A stretch of DNA of 63,979 nt, the filler included, from Choristocarpus tenellus KU-1152 (Eukaryota; Protista; Phaeophyceae), in the NCBI GenBank assembly GCA_964200185.2. It is 9 parts of 9 records of this genome, joined end to end, with 100 filler letters (N's around TTAATTAATTAA, not from the genome) between each part and the next. Parts side by side here need not be neighbours in the genome. Positions count along the whole stretch, not along the records: positions 1 to 15,077 come from CAXNAD020001065.1; positions 15,178 to 19,445 come from CAXNAD020015378.1; positions 19,546 to 31,250 come from CAXNAD020002179.1; 6 more parts are not named here. The stretch is one strand, 5' to 3'. Below the pieces are notes generated by a model that searched no databases, was not told the DNA's origin, and saw only the letters and a program-made list of their open reading frames with translations. Every line of letters begins with the position of its first letter. Position 1 is the stretch's first letter. Positions 13,255 through 26,436 of the stretch are shown one piece after another. The position numbers were made by a program, and so were the translations under genes.

Positions 13255-13422
13255 TTAACCAGCAGTGTTTCTTTTCCACATCCAATACAGCAAACCAGTG
13301 GTGACCACCATACCCCCAAACACCAAGAGTCTATCGATTGCCTCTCTTCTACTGGACACTCTAAGTATGGAGTTACTGAGTCCCATTAAGTTCACGATGT
13401 CCAGAACCCGCCGATGTGCTTG
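13255..13422 (-). CDS. GOSR2: Membrin/GOSR2/Bos1-type Qb-SNARE, terminal exon only
   Basis: Acceptor TTTTTTTTAACAG, then QAHRRVLDIVNLMGLSNSILRVSSRREAIDRLLVFGGMVVTTGLLYWMWKRNTAG*. This matches the membrin C-terminal pattern (LD...LGLSN...R.I.RR...D......GM plus a tail anchor). Not in the ORF track. Confidence 0.88.
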   Translation of the reverse strand, partial: QAHRRVLDIVNLMGLSNSILRVSSRREAIDRLLVFGGMVVTTGLLYWMWKRNTAG

Positions 13423-13833
13423 CTGTTAAAAAAAACAAAAATATCAGATGTCACACAAATCACACAGTTCGACAGCAGCAATGAGGGAAAATATAAAAAC
13501 TGTAACATGAGTGCAACAGTCGTAGTGCAGTATAGATGATAGTACAAGGGAGGGCAGGGAGGGGGGGGGGGTCTTAGGAGGGAGGGATTAAAAGGGTGGT
13601 ATGATGTCTTGCTAGATTGGCTGTTTCTGTATCAGCTGCACTCTTTTATAAACCTATCTAGATTCTTTATAAATTCATAGTTTCTTGGGCAAAGTCTCTG
13701 TCTCCCTTCTTATGCTACCGTTCTTGCCACAGATAGCCTGTAAAAGTATCATTAATCTGTTCAGATTAGACTACATAAGATAGTAGTATTAGAACCTATT
13801 ACACATATGAATCGGTGGGAATCTATCTCTAAC

Positions 13834-13866
<33 letters not shown>

Positions 13867-13909
13867 TAATAACAATAATAATAATAATAATAATAATAAC
13901 AATAATAAC

Positions 13910-13947
<38 letters not shown>

Positions 13948-13975
13948 TAATAACAATAATAATAATAATAATAAT
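13834..13975. repeat. (AAT)n microsatellite with AAC interruptions
   Basis: Directly visible; it explains the poly-L and poly-Y spurious ORFs. Confidence 0.97.
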
Positions 13976-14786
13976 GATACCACTCCTCTTCCCTTCTGCC
14001 TCTGCACATATTTGAAGAGATCAGAAAATGATCAGAAAATGCACACGCATAGACATACATACATAGATCATTTGAATATCATCAAACTGGCTCTATTATG
14101 GAAGAGTCAAAAGGGTTCAAAAATGTGTTTTTTTTATTAAGGGTGAAATATTGACCACATAGAGTCAGCAGAAGTCTTTGAGTGAGTTTCTTCAATGTAA
14201 AAAGAATCACACATTCAGAAACTACACTCAATGCAGCAAATACCTCTACATCTCAAATTAAAAGGTCCATTCCATTCCACTTGATAATCAAAATAAAGTA
14301 GTGATAGATTTGAGTTTTGTGATGAAAACATTGAGTTTAGATGTGATAATGAGTTTAATTATGGCGATAGTGAGGTTAATGATGATGTGTTATTGAGTTT
14401 GAAGATAAAATTGACTTACATAATGAAAATATTGAGTATAATGATGGTAATAGTGAGTTCAATAGTGATAACTATACAGTCCAATGTGTATGTGTATGTT
14501 TATGTGTATGTTTATGTGTATGTTTATGTATGTGTATATGCATAGGCTGCTGTACTCCATTGCCGCAGCAGTTGCTGTGGTCAGGGTTAGGGTTTATATG
14601 TGATTAGGTTTGACACATTCACCAGTTACAATCTATCAACAACAGTGCAACATCAACAACCCAACAGGGTGTTGGCCTTACCTCTCACAGTCTCACTGTA
14701 CTGGCAACTATCAACAATCTAAAACTCCACTTACCACCCTGCCACAATAGAACAAAATAGAATAATAAAATAGAATAACATACCAC

Positions 14787-15077
14787 TGCCATTCACAAGA
14801 CATGATGTAACTGCCATTCACAAGACATGATGTAACTGCCATTCACAAGACATGATGTAACTGTCATTCACAAGACATGACGTAACTGCCATTCACAAGA
14901 CATTATGTAACTGCCATTCACAAGACATGATGTAACTGCCATTCACAAGACATGATGTAACTGCCATTCACAAGACATGATGTAACTGTCATTCACAAGA
15001 CATGATGTAACTGTCATTCACAAGACATGATGTAACTGCCATTCACAAGACATGATGTAACTGCCATTCACAAGACA
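14787..15077. repeat. 25-bp minisatellite CTGCCATTCACAAGACATGATGTAA, 11-12 copies, running into a gap
   Basis: Near-identical head-to-tail units with no spacers. Confidence 0.95.
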
Positions 15078-15177
15078 NNNNNNNNNNNNNNNNNNNNNNN
15101 NNNNNNNNNNNNNNNNNNNNNTTAATTAATTAANNNNNNNNNNNNNNNNNNNNNNNNNNNNNNNNNNNNNNNNNNNN
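15078..15177. other. Artificial assembly spacer (also at 19446-19545, 31251-31350, 34299-34398, 40209-40308, 43387-43486, 55698-55797, 60496-60595)
   Basis: Each is 44 N + TTAATTAATTAA (stops in all six frames) + 44 N. Confidence 0.98.
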
Positions 15178-16468
15178 GTAGCAGGGTGAAGGAGTATGGA
15201 AGGTGTTCGGCGTTTGGGGGTTGGGAAGGTTGGGGGCATTTACTGACTGCACTAATACTGAGCTCGTATGACACAAGGTACGAGCTTCCTGTATTTTTTT
15301 GTATGGAACTGTTTTCAGATACCTCTGTGGTTAATCAACCTGTCATTGTAGTAATGCATAACGTCACCACGGGGAACCAGATAGTAAACAGTAGTGATAA
15401 CTCCATCACAGTATCACAGAGTAGGAAAAGCATTGTATGTATTAACACCATTCAGAACACTAGAGTGAGTAGGTGCAGCAACGAAGAGTTGGAAGGCGTT
15501 ATTTTCCAGGACTTTTCTCGCTGGGAAGCAAATTAAAGTGGTACCGTCTGCTGGCCAGACCGGTCCCAGAATTATTTAACATGTCCCAGTTCATGTTCAC
15601 CAGCCAGATGGGTCCAACATTCTCTAACATGTCTGGACCGTGTCCACTGGGTATTGTACTGGTCCATGTCCACTGGGTGTTGTACTGGTCCATGTCCGCT
15701 GACTGGTCGGTCCAACCTTTTTTTGGTTTATATGGACCATGTCCTTTATGTGATGTACTGATCCAAGAAAGAAAATTGTCTATGTACTGCTAGTAGTACA
15801 TGTTGATGGTTAAGATATACTTTACTTCAGTGTGTGCATATAGATTGTACTCTTTCAAATCTCTGGACTTTCTTGGTTCAAAATCATGAAGAACTTGTAT
15901 GGGGGGAATATGAGGAGGAATATGTGCATGGAATTTTTTTTCAAATTTATGTATTTTCTACATACATGTATGGCCCTTGACGAATGAGTGTCAAAATACA
16001 TCTTGAGTCACAAATCACCTCAGGCACCCAAACACCAAACACGGAAGGATTTGCTGTATTCGACTTTTAATTTTTTAGTAGTCTCTTAAAATAGAAAATA
16101 TCGTAGAGCTATCAATGTGTTTACTATGTTTAATACTTGCAGTACTATAGCATACAAGATGTAAGTGGAGTAGATGGTAAATAGGGAGGCATGGCCATGA
16201 TGTGACCAGTCCTATTGTGAAGAAAATATTACCCGACTGGTCATAGATAAAATGTTCTATCATGGCCGAGTCCATGGCCATCGACCACTTCAATATAACT
16301 ATATGGCTGATAGTGGACATGCAAACTGCCTGGCCTAGTGAAAAGCCCTGAAACTTTCTAGGTACTCTTAATAATAAAACATTATACATTTAGCAAGTGT
16401 GACAGACTGTGACTCTCTGACTGCCTTCTGTCCATCCATCCATCCATCCATCTGATGTGATGCCACAG

Positions 16469-18548
16469 GTATTTTGAGGAGCTGATTGCCAAGACTGTGG
16501 CATCTGAGGCTGAGGCAAATGCACCCCCAGAGGAGCATCTGACTGTGAAGGAGAGGGAGGAAACCACTGCTCTCCGACTAGAAGTGGAGGAGCTTGAACA
16601 GCGGTATGAGATGGTCCTTGCTGATCTGAGAGAGGAAGAGGTGAGACTGCAGCTGTGGGAAGCAACTCTGCAAGGCTCATTGCTGTATTTTGACCGAGCA
16701 ATTGTTGTAGATGTTTCATTTTTGTACATGTAGTGTAGTCATGGTAGTAGCATTGACAGAAAAAGATAACCCTCGATCTTGAAGAACGTTTGTCATAGAA
16801 TTATTAATTTTCTAGCATATATATATATATATTTAATGAATATTTGAACCATAATTATTTGTTGGTCGTAAGTAGGTAGATTGGCTCACTGTGTAAGCCT
16901 CTTGAAGCAATGCTGATGGCATGGTATTATGATGAGACAGACTTTTTTTTACCTTTGTAACAAATACAGATATTATTATTCGTTGTAACATGTTATAGTA
17001 GTTATGTATCTGAGAAGAATGAGGTATACCTCTAAAGGGGAAAAGTGAGAATAGTCCAGTCCACACACTGGCCCGCAGCCATGGCCCAAACCGTGCTCAT
17101 GCTGCTTCCTGGGCCAATGGAGAGCCCTGCTACAAACTGATACTTTTTTCAAGCCCATGCAATATTCGGACGCAAAAAAATGGTAGTTGATTAGCTAATC
17201 CTGGGCTTTTACTCCTTCTACTGCAGGCTGCCTTCACATACTACTGTTGCAGACTGTATCGTGCATGATAACTTGCCTAACTGTTGGGTATGGTATATAT
17301 GCATTGCTGTGATCAATAACCAGGAAACTGCGAGGCGTGTTCGTGCAGATAACCGTGTTCTCATAAAGAGTCAACGGGATCAAAAGGACGCTGTGACCAG
17401 GCTCAAGTCTGAGGCAGTGGAGACAAAGCGCGTTTGTCAAAGGCAGATGGCGGACCTGGATAGTCAGATTCAAGACCTCACCTTCTACCTCAAGGCCCAG
17501 GAGGAGGTGGGGAATTTGGGTTAGGTTATGAGCTGTTGGGGGTATTGTGGGGGGCAATCATGAGTCTGAATAAAGAATAAATGCTGCCTTCCTTACTTCA
17601 TTGACTTGGTTCCATATTTTTGCAGTGCTGGACCGTAGTTGTGCTGGACTCTCTGTGGGACTGAGTACCAATCAATACCAAACAGTTTGTAGTGTAAACT
17701 GCATGTTAGGACTGCATTGCGCTGTACAGATTGTGTAAGGACCACCACCACCGTGTGACCTGGTGTTTTGAGTGTAGTGTGTTCCATGACATTGCGACAA
17801 GTAATTCAGATATCTCAAGTGCTGAAGGAGGCTATGGTAATTCAAACAGTGCTTGTGTTTTTTAGTTAAGACGAATTATCAATAGTGTGTTATTAGTGTG
17901 TTATTTGTATGTGTGCAACAGTGTGCCTCGCATCCCTAACTAACACAGAGAGTTCTGGTGGGTTTTTTAATGTGTGATTTTTGGGTTTGAAGTCTATTGT
18001 ATTGTACTATATAGTTTATAGAAGTAGTATCACATACCCTCGTGGTTAATTGGTAATGTAGACACCAATTTTGGAAGTGTTGTCTCATGGCATTGTATTC
18101 AAGCTCATAGAAGTAACCTTCCTGTTCCAAATAAATAGCATTAACAGTATTTCATGTAGGATGCACTTATGCTCTCGGAAACAGATGGAGGCATCCTTTC
18201 GCCATAAAGAACAGGTATAGCAGTGTAAATTTTTGTGGCATCCCCAACCAACAAGAATGAGTGCATGCGTAAGGGACTTGAAAGCAATACTGATCTGCCC
18301 ATGCCCCCCTCCCCTCCACCTTCTAACCATGGAACCTGCTACTGATCTTGTGTCAGGTCAAGTCCAGCCCCCAGCGTGAGGAGCTTGAGCGAGGGTCCTT
18401 GGTCATGGGTCAGAAAAACGATGATAGCGGTAGTGCATGGCCAAGACAAGGGGCAGCGAATGTAGATGAGACAGACCGTGAACGACTTTCCCGCCGGCTG
18501 AAGGAGAAGAGTCAGGCCAAGAAGCGTGGGGGGGCTGGAAGACTGTAG
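16469..18548 (+). CDS. BRAP: BRAP2/IMP-like (BRCA1-associated protein) C-terminal coiled-coil region, last three exons
   Basis: Exons 16469-16640 (YFEELIAK...DLREEE), 17324-17506 (ETARR...MADLDSQIQDLTFYLKAQEE) and 18357-18548 (VKSSPQREELERGSLVM...KKRGGAGRL*) splice in frame. The pattern DL..QI.DL.FYL..Q followed by EL..G and a basic tail is typical of BRAP2/Etp1. The RING and ZnF-UBP exons were not found. Confidence 0.75.
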
Positions 18549-19363
18549 GGCAAGCTTGTGCGCTGTCTGTTAATCTTGTCCATTTTTCTTGTGCAGGTCA
18601 TTAGGCCGTATTGTATATTCTCTGGTCATGTATGTTTTTTTGTGTCTGTTGAAGGTTGTGAGAGTGAATAGATTGTAGTGATACTATTAATACCTATGTT
18701 AATACCAGGTTGTAATGTGCTGTAGTACCTTTTTCCTATTTGAGCTGAAGGCATGTGGACAGGTTCATATTTTGGTCGTGTTGTTGAAAAAGTGCTGCCG
18801 TTGGTCTATTAATTAAACGTTTTTATTTGTTGTGCCTTGTGCTTTGGGTGCACCAGGAGAATGTACTCTAGAAGAAGGCAGAACAAAACATATTATATTT
18901 GCTCGGCACTGGTGGTAACAAGCACCACTCTAGGAGCTTTATGCTATATGCAATATGGAACAAGTCCCGTCCAATGCTTGAAATAGAGGGGCCATAAGTG
19001 TAACTTGTGTACCATGTGTTTGTCATTTTTGTAATTTGCAATTGTGTGAAATTGACTCATGTCTGAAAAGTATGTAATATAGCTCAGGTGTTGTTACAGA
19101 TATGTACGCTTTCTCATATAGTTTGAAATACTCCGTATGCATTGGTTTGAGCTCGGTACCCCCCTTAACCTTTCTTTTTTATTAACCCATTTTGAAATAT
19201 TTTGCTATTCTTCAAGTCGAGTCAAGTTGCATCAAGTTCATTTGCAACACCCAACAAACACCAGGGAAGACTAATGATAGTTCGGGGCCAATTGGAGTCA
19301 AGTTTCAAACATGCTCCATTTTTCAAATACTCGGAAACAGAATCCTAGTTCATTTGCAACAAA

Positions 19364-19615
19364 GATCCAAAGTACCTGGGGGGGGGGGGGTCTACACCAG
19401 GGGGGTCGTTTGGGTCAAAACCAGGAAAAGTGCACTTTCATTATCNNNNNNNNNNNNNNNNNNNNNNNNNNNNNNNNNNNNNNNNNNNNTTAATTAATTA
19501 ANNNNNNNNNNNNNNNNNNNNNNNNNNNNNNNNNNNNNNNNNNNNCCAAAAATCATGACATGAAAAAATTGACCCCAAATGGACAGCCGCCACCCCCTCC
19601 CAGATACTTTGAGTC
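19364..19615 (+). mobile_element. MITE family B, interrupted by assembly gap
   Basis: The left end GATCCAAAGTACCTGGG and right end CCCAGATACTTTGAGTC match the intact copy at 41510-41691. Confidence 0.8.
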
Positions 19616-22600
19616 TCTCTTCATTTCCGTGCAGAGAAGGCAAGGAAGGACGTTGTGTTTTTTCTCCTTCCGGTGAAGAATTCCTAACCTCTTGAGCCTG
19701 GCCTATTAAATCCTCACTGTCACTACACGTATACTTAGTAAGAAGTAGTCTGGATAGAGTACTTCAAGTCATCATATTAACATTTTCAACGCACAGCATA
19801 CTTCAATTATGGCAACAACGTGCCATGATCACAATATACAAGGGCGCCACTGTGATGTGTGTCACAAACATGTGACAAGAAGAGGGGATAACCCAGGAAA
19901 ACAGAGCAGGAGAGTCAAAGCATCTGAATCAACAGCACTCCACTTCTTCTATGTAGCAATCGGTAGGGTAGGAACTATTGCTAGTAGGACAGCAATTGAA
20001 CCTGTTGCAGACAGTGTAATGTTTGTTGTTGGTAAATACTCCCAGGAGTGTTGGACGATGAGACTCTTTCGCTTCCCTCCTATCTTCCACGGTTTGTGCT
20101 CGCTGTTAACCAACGGCCTGAGTCCCTACTACCAATAACTGCATGCTACCATATTTTGTAGTACAGTAGTTTTATCCCTCTATCGGGTATTAAGTGCAGT
20201 GATGCCTGTGTATTCTTTTTTGTTTGGAGATTTTTTTTTGATAGGAAGAGATTCACTTCTCTGAAGGACACCAAAACAACGACAATTTAATTCGTACTTC
20301 GAAATAGTCTTTTCTTGCATGTAGAACGTAGGTCAAATGAACAAAGCCTCAGGAGCAGAACTGTGCACCCAACAATAATACCTGTAGCATTCTCGATGCA
20401 GAGGATACCACACGCTCAACATAATGTAATTGATGGTGTCTTGGATCAGACAGTTTATTTTTATATTGTTTGTGCTTCAAATAGTTAAAGTACGAGGTCA
20501 TTTCGTATATTATGTCCTAACCAAGGTACATGGTGTAGGGTGTGCAGATGTCCACAAACAGGAAGGAGAAGAGTGCGAGGCGGATTGAAGGAGATACTGG
20601 AGTAGACCTACTTGAAGTGATAATGGGCCGAGTGCAAAAATTCTTACAAATGCATGGGGGGACAACCGATGAAGTAGGCAGTTGCCGTGCTTCAAGTCCA
20701 TGTAGTACACTGGATCGACTCGCTCAGTCTAAGGCCTTCGGCCTGTTGAGAGCATTAATAAGTGCGTACAATTGCATTAAGACATTGTTTCGCAATCGAA
20801 TTTCATCAACTCTCGTATGAACTGAATTCCTTGTTAGTGTTGTGGTTGGTGCACTACTACTACCCAATTTACGAAACTCCAGCACTACTTCTAAAACAAA
20901 GCATTTCTGTCTTATTGTCTTGGGCATCACTATCCCAGTCTCAATTGATTTTTCAATTTATCGCATTGTTCCTCTATGCCAGTTCCGTAACTACTGCCAG
21001 GTATCATATAACCTACATCATTTTCTGTCCTTCCCCAACAAATGTACCAAGTATATATTATATCTAATATCGGCAAAGACTGGGAAAAATTCTCAGCGCC
21101 GCAAGAACCGCACGAGGTGGACCAAAGGAAAAAAATTAAGATAGAGTCATCAGTCTTGGTACACATCTTGAGAGGCGACCTAATTCAGTAGTGTTTATGC
21201 TCTTCTACTGCCTGTATTATGTTTCTTTCTCTTTCATTTTCTGGATTAGGGTTATTCTACTCCTTTCCTCTCTCCTTTCTTGCGTGGTACGTGCTGAACT
21301 TTATCCGGATTGGACGGACAAGGGTATAAAAACTTTTTTTCCCTCAGAACCTTGCTTTTTTTTTTCTTCTCTTATCTCAAGTATTGGGTGCTAGTGCTTT
21401 TATGCCTGGTTCTCTCTTGGCTGCTCTTTCTTCTTTCTCCAGAATTTCGCTATATTTTCTTATCAACCGTTGTCCTATCACTCCCCCTCCAACAACCTTT
21501 CGAGCATGGGTTTGGCACCCTACAGAGACTAACATAATATCATGAAATTTATAGAAACATGACCCACCCACCCTACTCCACAATGAGCAGCTTGTGAACC
21601 AGTACATAACTGCATGCCAGACATAACTTAATGCCATGAAAAGTCATTCCCTATTAATCTTGTTGAATGTGATGTCATTATCAAGAGCTCGTCCCAAGAT
21701 CAGTAGGTACACCCTTACTGCATGCACAACTTGAGTAGGGGAATGTGTGCTACAATTCCCAAGTTTTCGCATATATGTCTCTTATCAGTCACTGCAAAGA
21801 AAATGTTCCTATGGCTATGGCTTAGACTCTGCAATGATATTACTATGTTTTTTCTTTTTTCACACTAAGAACCCAAATAAACAATAAACAATGCTCTTTT
21901 TGTCCGTGGGCAGGCCAGCAAGGAAAAGAGTATATAAAATGGACGAGAAAAAGGAACTCTAAGATGAACCACGACTTCTGAAATAGTTCAAACGGATGTC
22001 CCTTTCTCTATGTGATTTGTAACACAGAACACAAACAAGATCCTGTTACCTCCACCGCACAACAAGACTTCATCCATACTGCAAGACCACGGATGTACAA
22101 TGCGCTTTATTTCCAATTTTCCCATATACTCGTCTCCGTGCACTTGGCAGTCTTTCCACTATTGGCCACCCTACTGTTGTGCCATTTCCTTTGCCGTTGG
22201 TTACCAGCATCAATTGTAAGACGTACACTGTAAAAAAAAACATACAGTGAACTACTTCCTAGTATAGACCTCCTTAAAACACAGGTTCTGGTGATGACTG
22301 TGAACCCTCTTGTAGCACGCTTTGGATGACACAAAATATATCCTCTGGGAAGATATATTACCTGTACTCCCCCAGGACCAATCCCACTGCTGTACCTAAA
22401 AATATAATGGCAATCGATCGATCTACCAAACAAAGCAATAGCTGGATCCGGATGTCACGGACCGCTAGAGACATACCATGAGAGCTTGCTGCCAATTTCT
22501 TTATTTTCAATTCAACAGAAAAAAGTATAATTGTTTTCACCCTGCCCTCAAACTTCAACTAAACACAAGGAAGCAACAACCCTTCAAAAGCCGTTCCACC

Positions 22601-22685
22601 TTTGCTATCAATAATCAATCAGCTGAAGTGAGAACAGTGATGAAACACCCTCAGTGAGCAAAACCTTCACAACCCAGCTTTTGCC

Positions 22686-25600
22686 TTAGCGAACAATAGT
22701 TTCTCCCAAGCCAGAAACCACAGGGTAAGCCACGTAAGTCATAGTCATGGATCCTCTATCTTTGACCTCATTCATGACCTGGCAGGCTGAGCACCAAGGA
22801 AGTATAGTGACAAGGCAGCAGTTGGAGCAATAGTCGCTACCTGCAAACAAGAGACATTGATGGAGCGAGGAGGAGTTAGGGGAGAGGGTCTATTGCCCAT
22901 AACAGTAGTATCAGCATAAAGAAGACAGAAATCATTACATTTTGTCATGGGCAATACGAGCAGCTCGGTGCTCATGACTACATACATGTATGTTACTGGC
23001 CGATTCAATGCATGAGATGATTTGACACCAAATGTCATATAGATACAAACTCTCGCTGCAAGTTGTATCATCAGTGATTGCAGCGAACAAACCAAACCCC
23101 ACTAACTCCGTAAGAACAAACACAGACTGAATAAACTTCACTCCCACAGTCCTCCGGCATCAACTCCACCACCAATAAACAATGTCAACACTGCACTGCG
23201 ACGCTAAGCACCCAGCAACACATAGGCACCTCAGTCTTTCCATGGTGGTGGTGCTAATCTCACCTTTAGTTATTTTACCCTGGCCTTTCATATTCTACTG
23301 GGTCAAGAAATTCTTCACAATTCAAAGGGAGATATATACTTACACTCCTATGCATCCACAGAATCTATCTATTGATTAACCTGTTCAGTGCTAGTAGGGT
23401 TTCAGTGGAGCTAACTGTAGGTCTGTCATTTACACACCGTCCCCAGCATGCCGAACACTACAAATGACTTCTTGGTTCCCAGGTAATTTCCCAGCTAGCA
23501 CCTTCAACAACAGTCTCCCCGCTCAGCTCAACGAAGTTTTGCACCCAACAAGCAAACCTCTACACAGAGCAAAACATCAACCCAAGTGCGGTATCAGGAA
23601 ACACAGTAATTAATGTTTTGAAGTGAAAAAAGACTGGCACACAAGGGTGTCGACCTCCACAGGAAAACCCACTTTTGATATTGTAGCCGTGGGACACGAT
23701 GGACTTGATGAGACATGGAGAAACAAGGAAGAAATTGAAGCAGAAGTTGGACTTGTCAAACCTTGTTCTTGCCAAAGCAAACGTCATTTGAGGGCAGATT
23801 GCAGCAAGCATGCACTCAAAGTTAACCTGGATGCAGCAATCGAAAATGCCGTAGTTCCACGGAACTGGTGAAGGGGACCTGTCGTTGGTGGGGAGGGGTG
23901 GAGGGAAGAAGGATGATGGCAGTGTGAAGGCGTTAGATTGCCTGACATAGAGGGATGACAACGCCAGAATGGAGAGACTAATCGCGAGACACTGTAGTCC
24001 ATCATCTTTTTCACACGGCGGATCACTGGACCTTTCCTCGACAACAGCGGGGGAGTTTTTTTTTTTTTTAATGTTTTCTTCAAAGGAACTAAAAAGGACC
24101 AGAGAGGAGCGCTGCAAACCACCGGTCAACCAAAGGTGATAGTAAGTACGTTTTCCTCCGCAAATAGCATACATGTCTACATGTGACGCAAATGTAATCC
24201 AATGACATTGGCACAAGTCATTTATCCTTGCATAAACCTAGAAGCAAGTGACTGGAGTCAGAATGGTACCATGTATGAGGGGGTGGGGGTGCCGCGATCT
24301 GCCAAATGAAACCGCCATGCATGTCTAAATGCCTGGTACTAAGTAGTACAAACAACCCCCCCCTGCTGAATCTCCAGCTATACACGCACTGTTGAGCTGC
24401 CAATGTAACAACTTCATGGAAAGGAATGCGAGGTAGGATGCTTCACAGACACCTGACAGTAGCAAACTACGAATTAAAAAAATACATAAAAAAAGAGACC
24501 TAATCCTCAACGGTTCAGCAGGTACCTTGAGCTCACATGAGAAATCAAAATCATGGGGTTGGGCATTGGGGGAAGACTCTGCAAAAGAAATATCCCAAGG
24601 AATTACTTGGATAAAACTTCTAACTTGCTCGTGTGCCTGGTATTGAACTATGTCCAATGTAGTACATACTTGAGACCTCAATATCAGAATGATGATCCTT
24701 CAAGGTCTTTAATGGGTTCTAACTCTTTTTATCACTGTAAGCATGAACATTCTTGTTCACCCTCTATGCACTTGCCATCCTGCCTGTAATGGGGGGCCAT
24801 GCCTAACCTGTAGTTCACGCCATCCCCAGACTTTCTGAGGCCCAGCACAGGACATCTTCAACTCCCCCTAGTCAAAGATTTTGTGCTACTCAGTACCTTA
24901 GTGTGGTGTCCTGAAAGGGGAGCTATGGTCTAATCGTATGTACCTGTTGGTCCCCCACTGCATGTGAGCCGGTCCACGCTTCTTAGTCTCACTGCGGACT
25001 TGGCAGATGGTACATGGCCAGCAAAGTGTTCTGTGAGTCACAAATACAGGAACAGTTGCTTCAATCGTTATCGTTGAGGACAGAGAATGCATGACAAGAC
25101 CGCTCTTATGTGTAGCAGAGACTTAAAATACTCTACAAAAATACAAACACAAGGCAACAGATTTGCAGGCTTTCCACTAGGAAGAGTCATTGCCAAAAAC
25201 TTGAAGAAGTGGGTCTTAAAGGAAGAGTGTATAAGGGATGGTCAAACGGGGGGTGCAAGCGTGTTAATATAGCCCTCAAAATTTTATTGCCGCAGCAACC
25301 TCTTCATGCCCCTCCGTCCCCCACCCTTTGAATTAACTTAGAGACAGCTCAAACATTGCTTGACCTGAGCTCCAAAAGGGTTGCTAAAATTATACATATT
25401 TTTCCTTCTCCACTCAAACCCTAGCCATTTGTTATTCTTGTATTTGTCTGAAGGGTACACATCTGCCTTGTTAAAGCGAAGGATATGCAACAGATAGGAT
25501 TCAATCTTCTTGACATTGTACCACTGAATTTTCCAAATTCAACGACTTCAAACTCTTCTCAAGGTGACCTTGGTCGTTCTTACGCAAGCAGAAATCTTCC

Positions 25601-26436
25601 CGAGCGACTCCAACTGTCCAGGTCCACCACTAAGGAGTACACTCACCCGGCCAAGCAATCAGTGACGAAGTTTCCCCTGATATGATAGCCTTCACGGATG
25701 ATATTTCGGGCCACAGCTGGATTGCATATGCAGCAGCTGTAGATGCAATACCGCACACAAGCCAGGACTAATTGAGAGTGGAAATACTCACAGAACAAAG
25801 AATCATGTTACCAGTCTTGGTTGAGAAGACATCGGGCATTATCCAGGTACTATGGTAAAATAAGAGGAGTTGAGAGATACGACAGTCCGGCTCTTGGCCT
25901 CTGCAACCTGCGTACCGAGCCCAGGCTAAATTCCCACACTTAGCTCACCAGTTGAACAATACATCAGAGCCGTCCAATCGTGAACGAGCCGATGCCATTG
26001 CACAAGGCTGGCAGAACATCCCTAACAGACAGTTTCCACAGCCGGTTGCGCAGCATTCGAGTAACCCTGTCTGTTGGAAAGATTGGACAGTCAGAAGACG
26101 GGAGTCTTGTCATAGTTTCCTTCACCACAATGACTGTGTCAAAATTAGACACCCACACGAAGAAGTGGGTTTCTTGGGAAATTGTACAATTTAGCTATAG
26201 AATTCAAGGGGTGGAGGGGTGACTCGTGCAATTAATTGGAACTCTGGTAATTAATGCAATTGGAGGTATCCCAGAGGTTGGTGGGTGAGACACACAATGT
26301 TGGAGAAGGGACAGATAGCTGTGCACCATTATAACTCCTGAACAAGATTAAACCAACTACCAACCTTCCACTCATCGATTGGTGCCTCGATAGGCGTCAG
26401 CACTGCCAGCAGAGCGGCATTGTTATCGCTTGCCAT
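22686..26436 (-). CDS. Cysteine-rich protein with two tandem PLAC8 domains; complete 6-exon gene
   Basis: Exons 26436-26365, 26070-25949, 25736-25647, 25030-24944, 23878-23673 and 22840-22686 are all GT-AG and phase-compatible. Domain 1: EWKTGLLECC...MFCQPCAMASAR...IREGYHIRGNFVTDCLAGTLCWPCTICQVRSE. Domain 2: PWNYGIFDCC...AICPQMTFALAR...VSHGYNIKSSDYCSNCCLVTILPWCSACQVMNEVKDRG. Confidence 0.92.

Noticed and set aside
13789-14060. Poly-Leu and poly-Tyr/Cys ORFs
   Set aside because: Translations of the (AAT)n microsatellite.
14787-15077. CRISPR-like array of 25-bp repeats
   Set aside because: Units are contiguous with no unique spacers, there are no cas genes, and the context is eukaryotic.
15122-15133. 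TTAATTAATTAA palindrome recurring eight times
   Set aside because: Always centred in a 100-nt N spacer; an artificial six-frame stop linker, not biology.
19800-22450. Several 60-110 aa ORFs and exon-like segments
   Set aside because: No consistent phase-compatible gene model or recognisable motif could be built.
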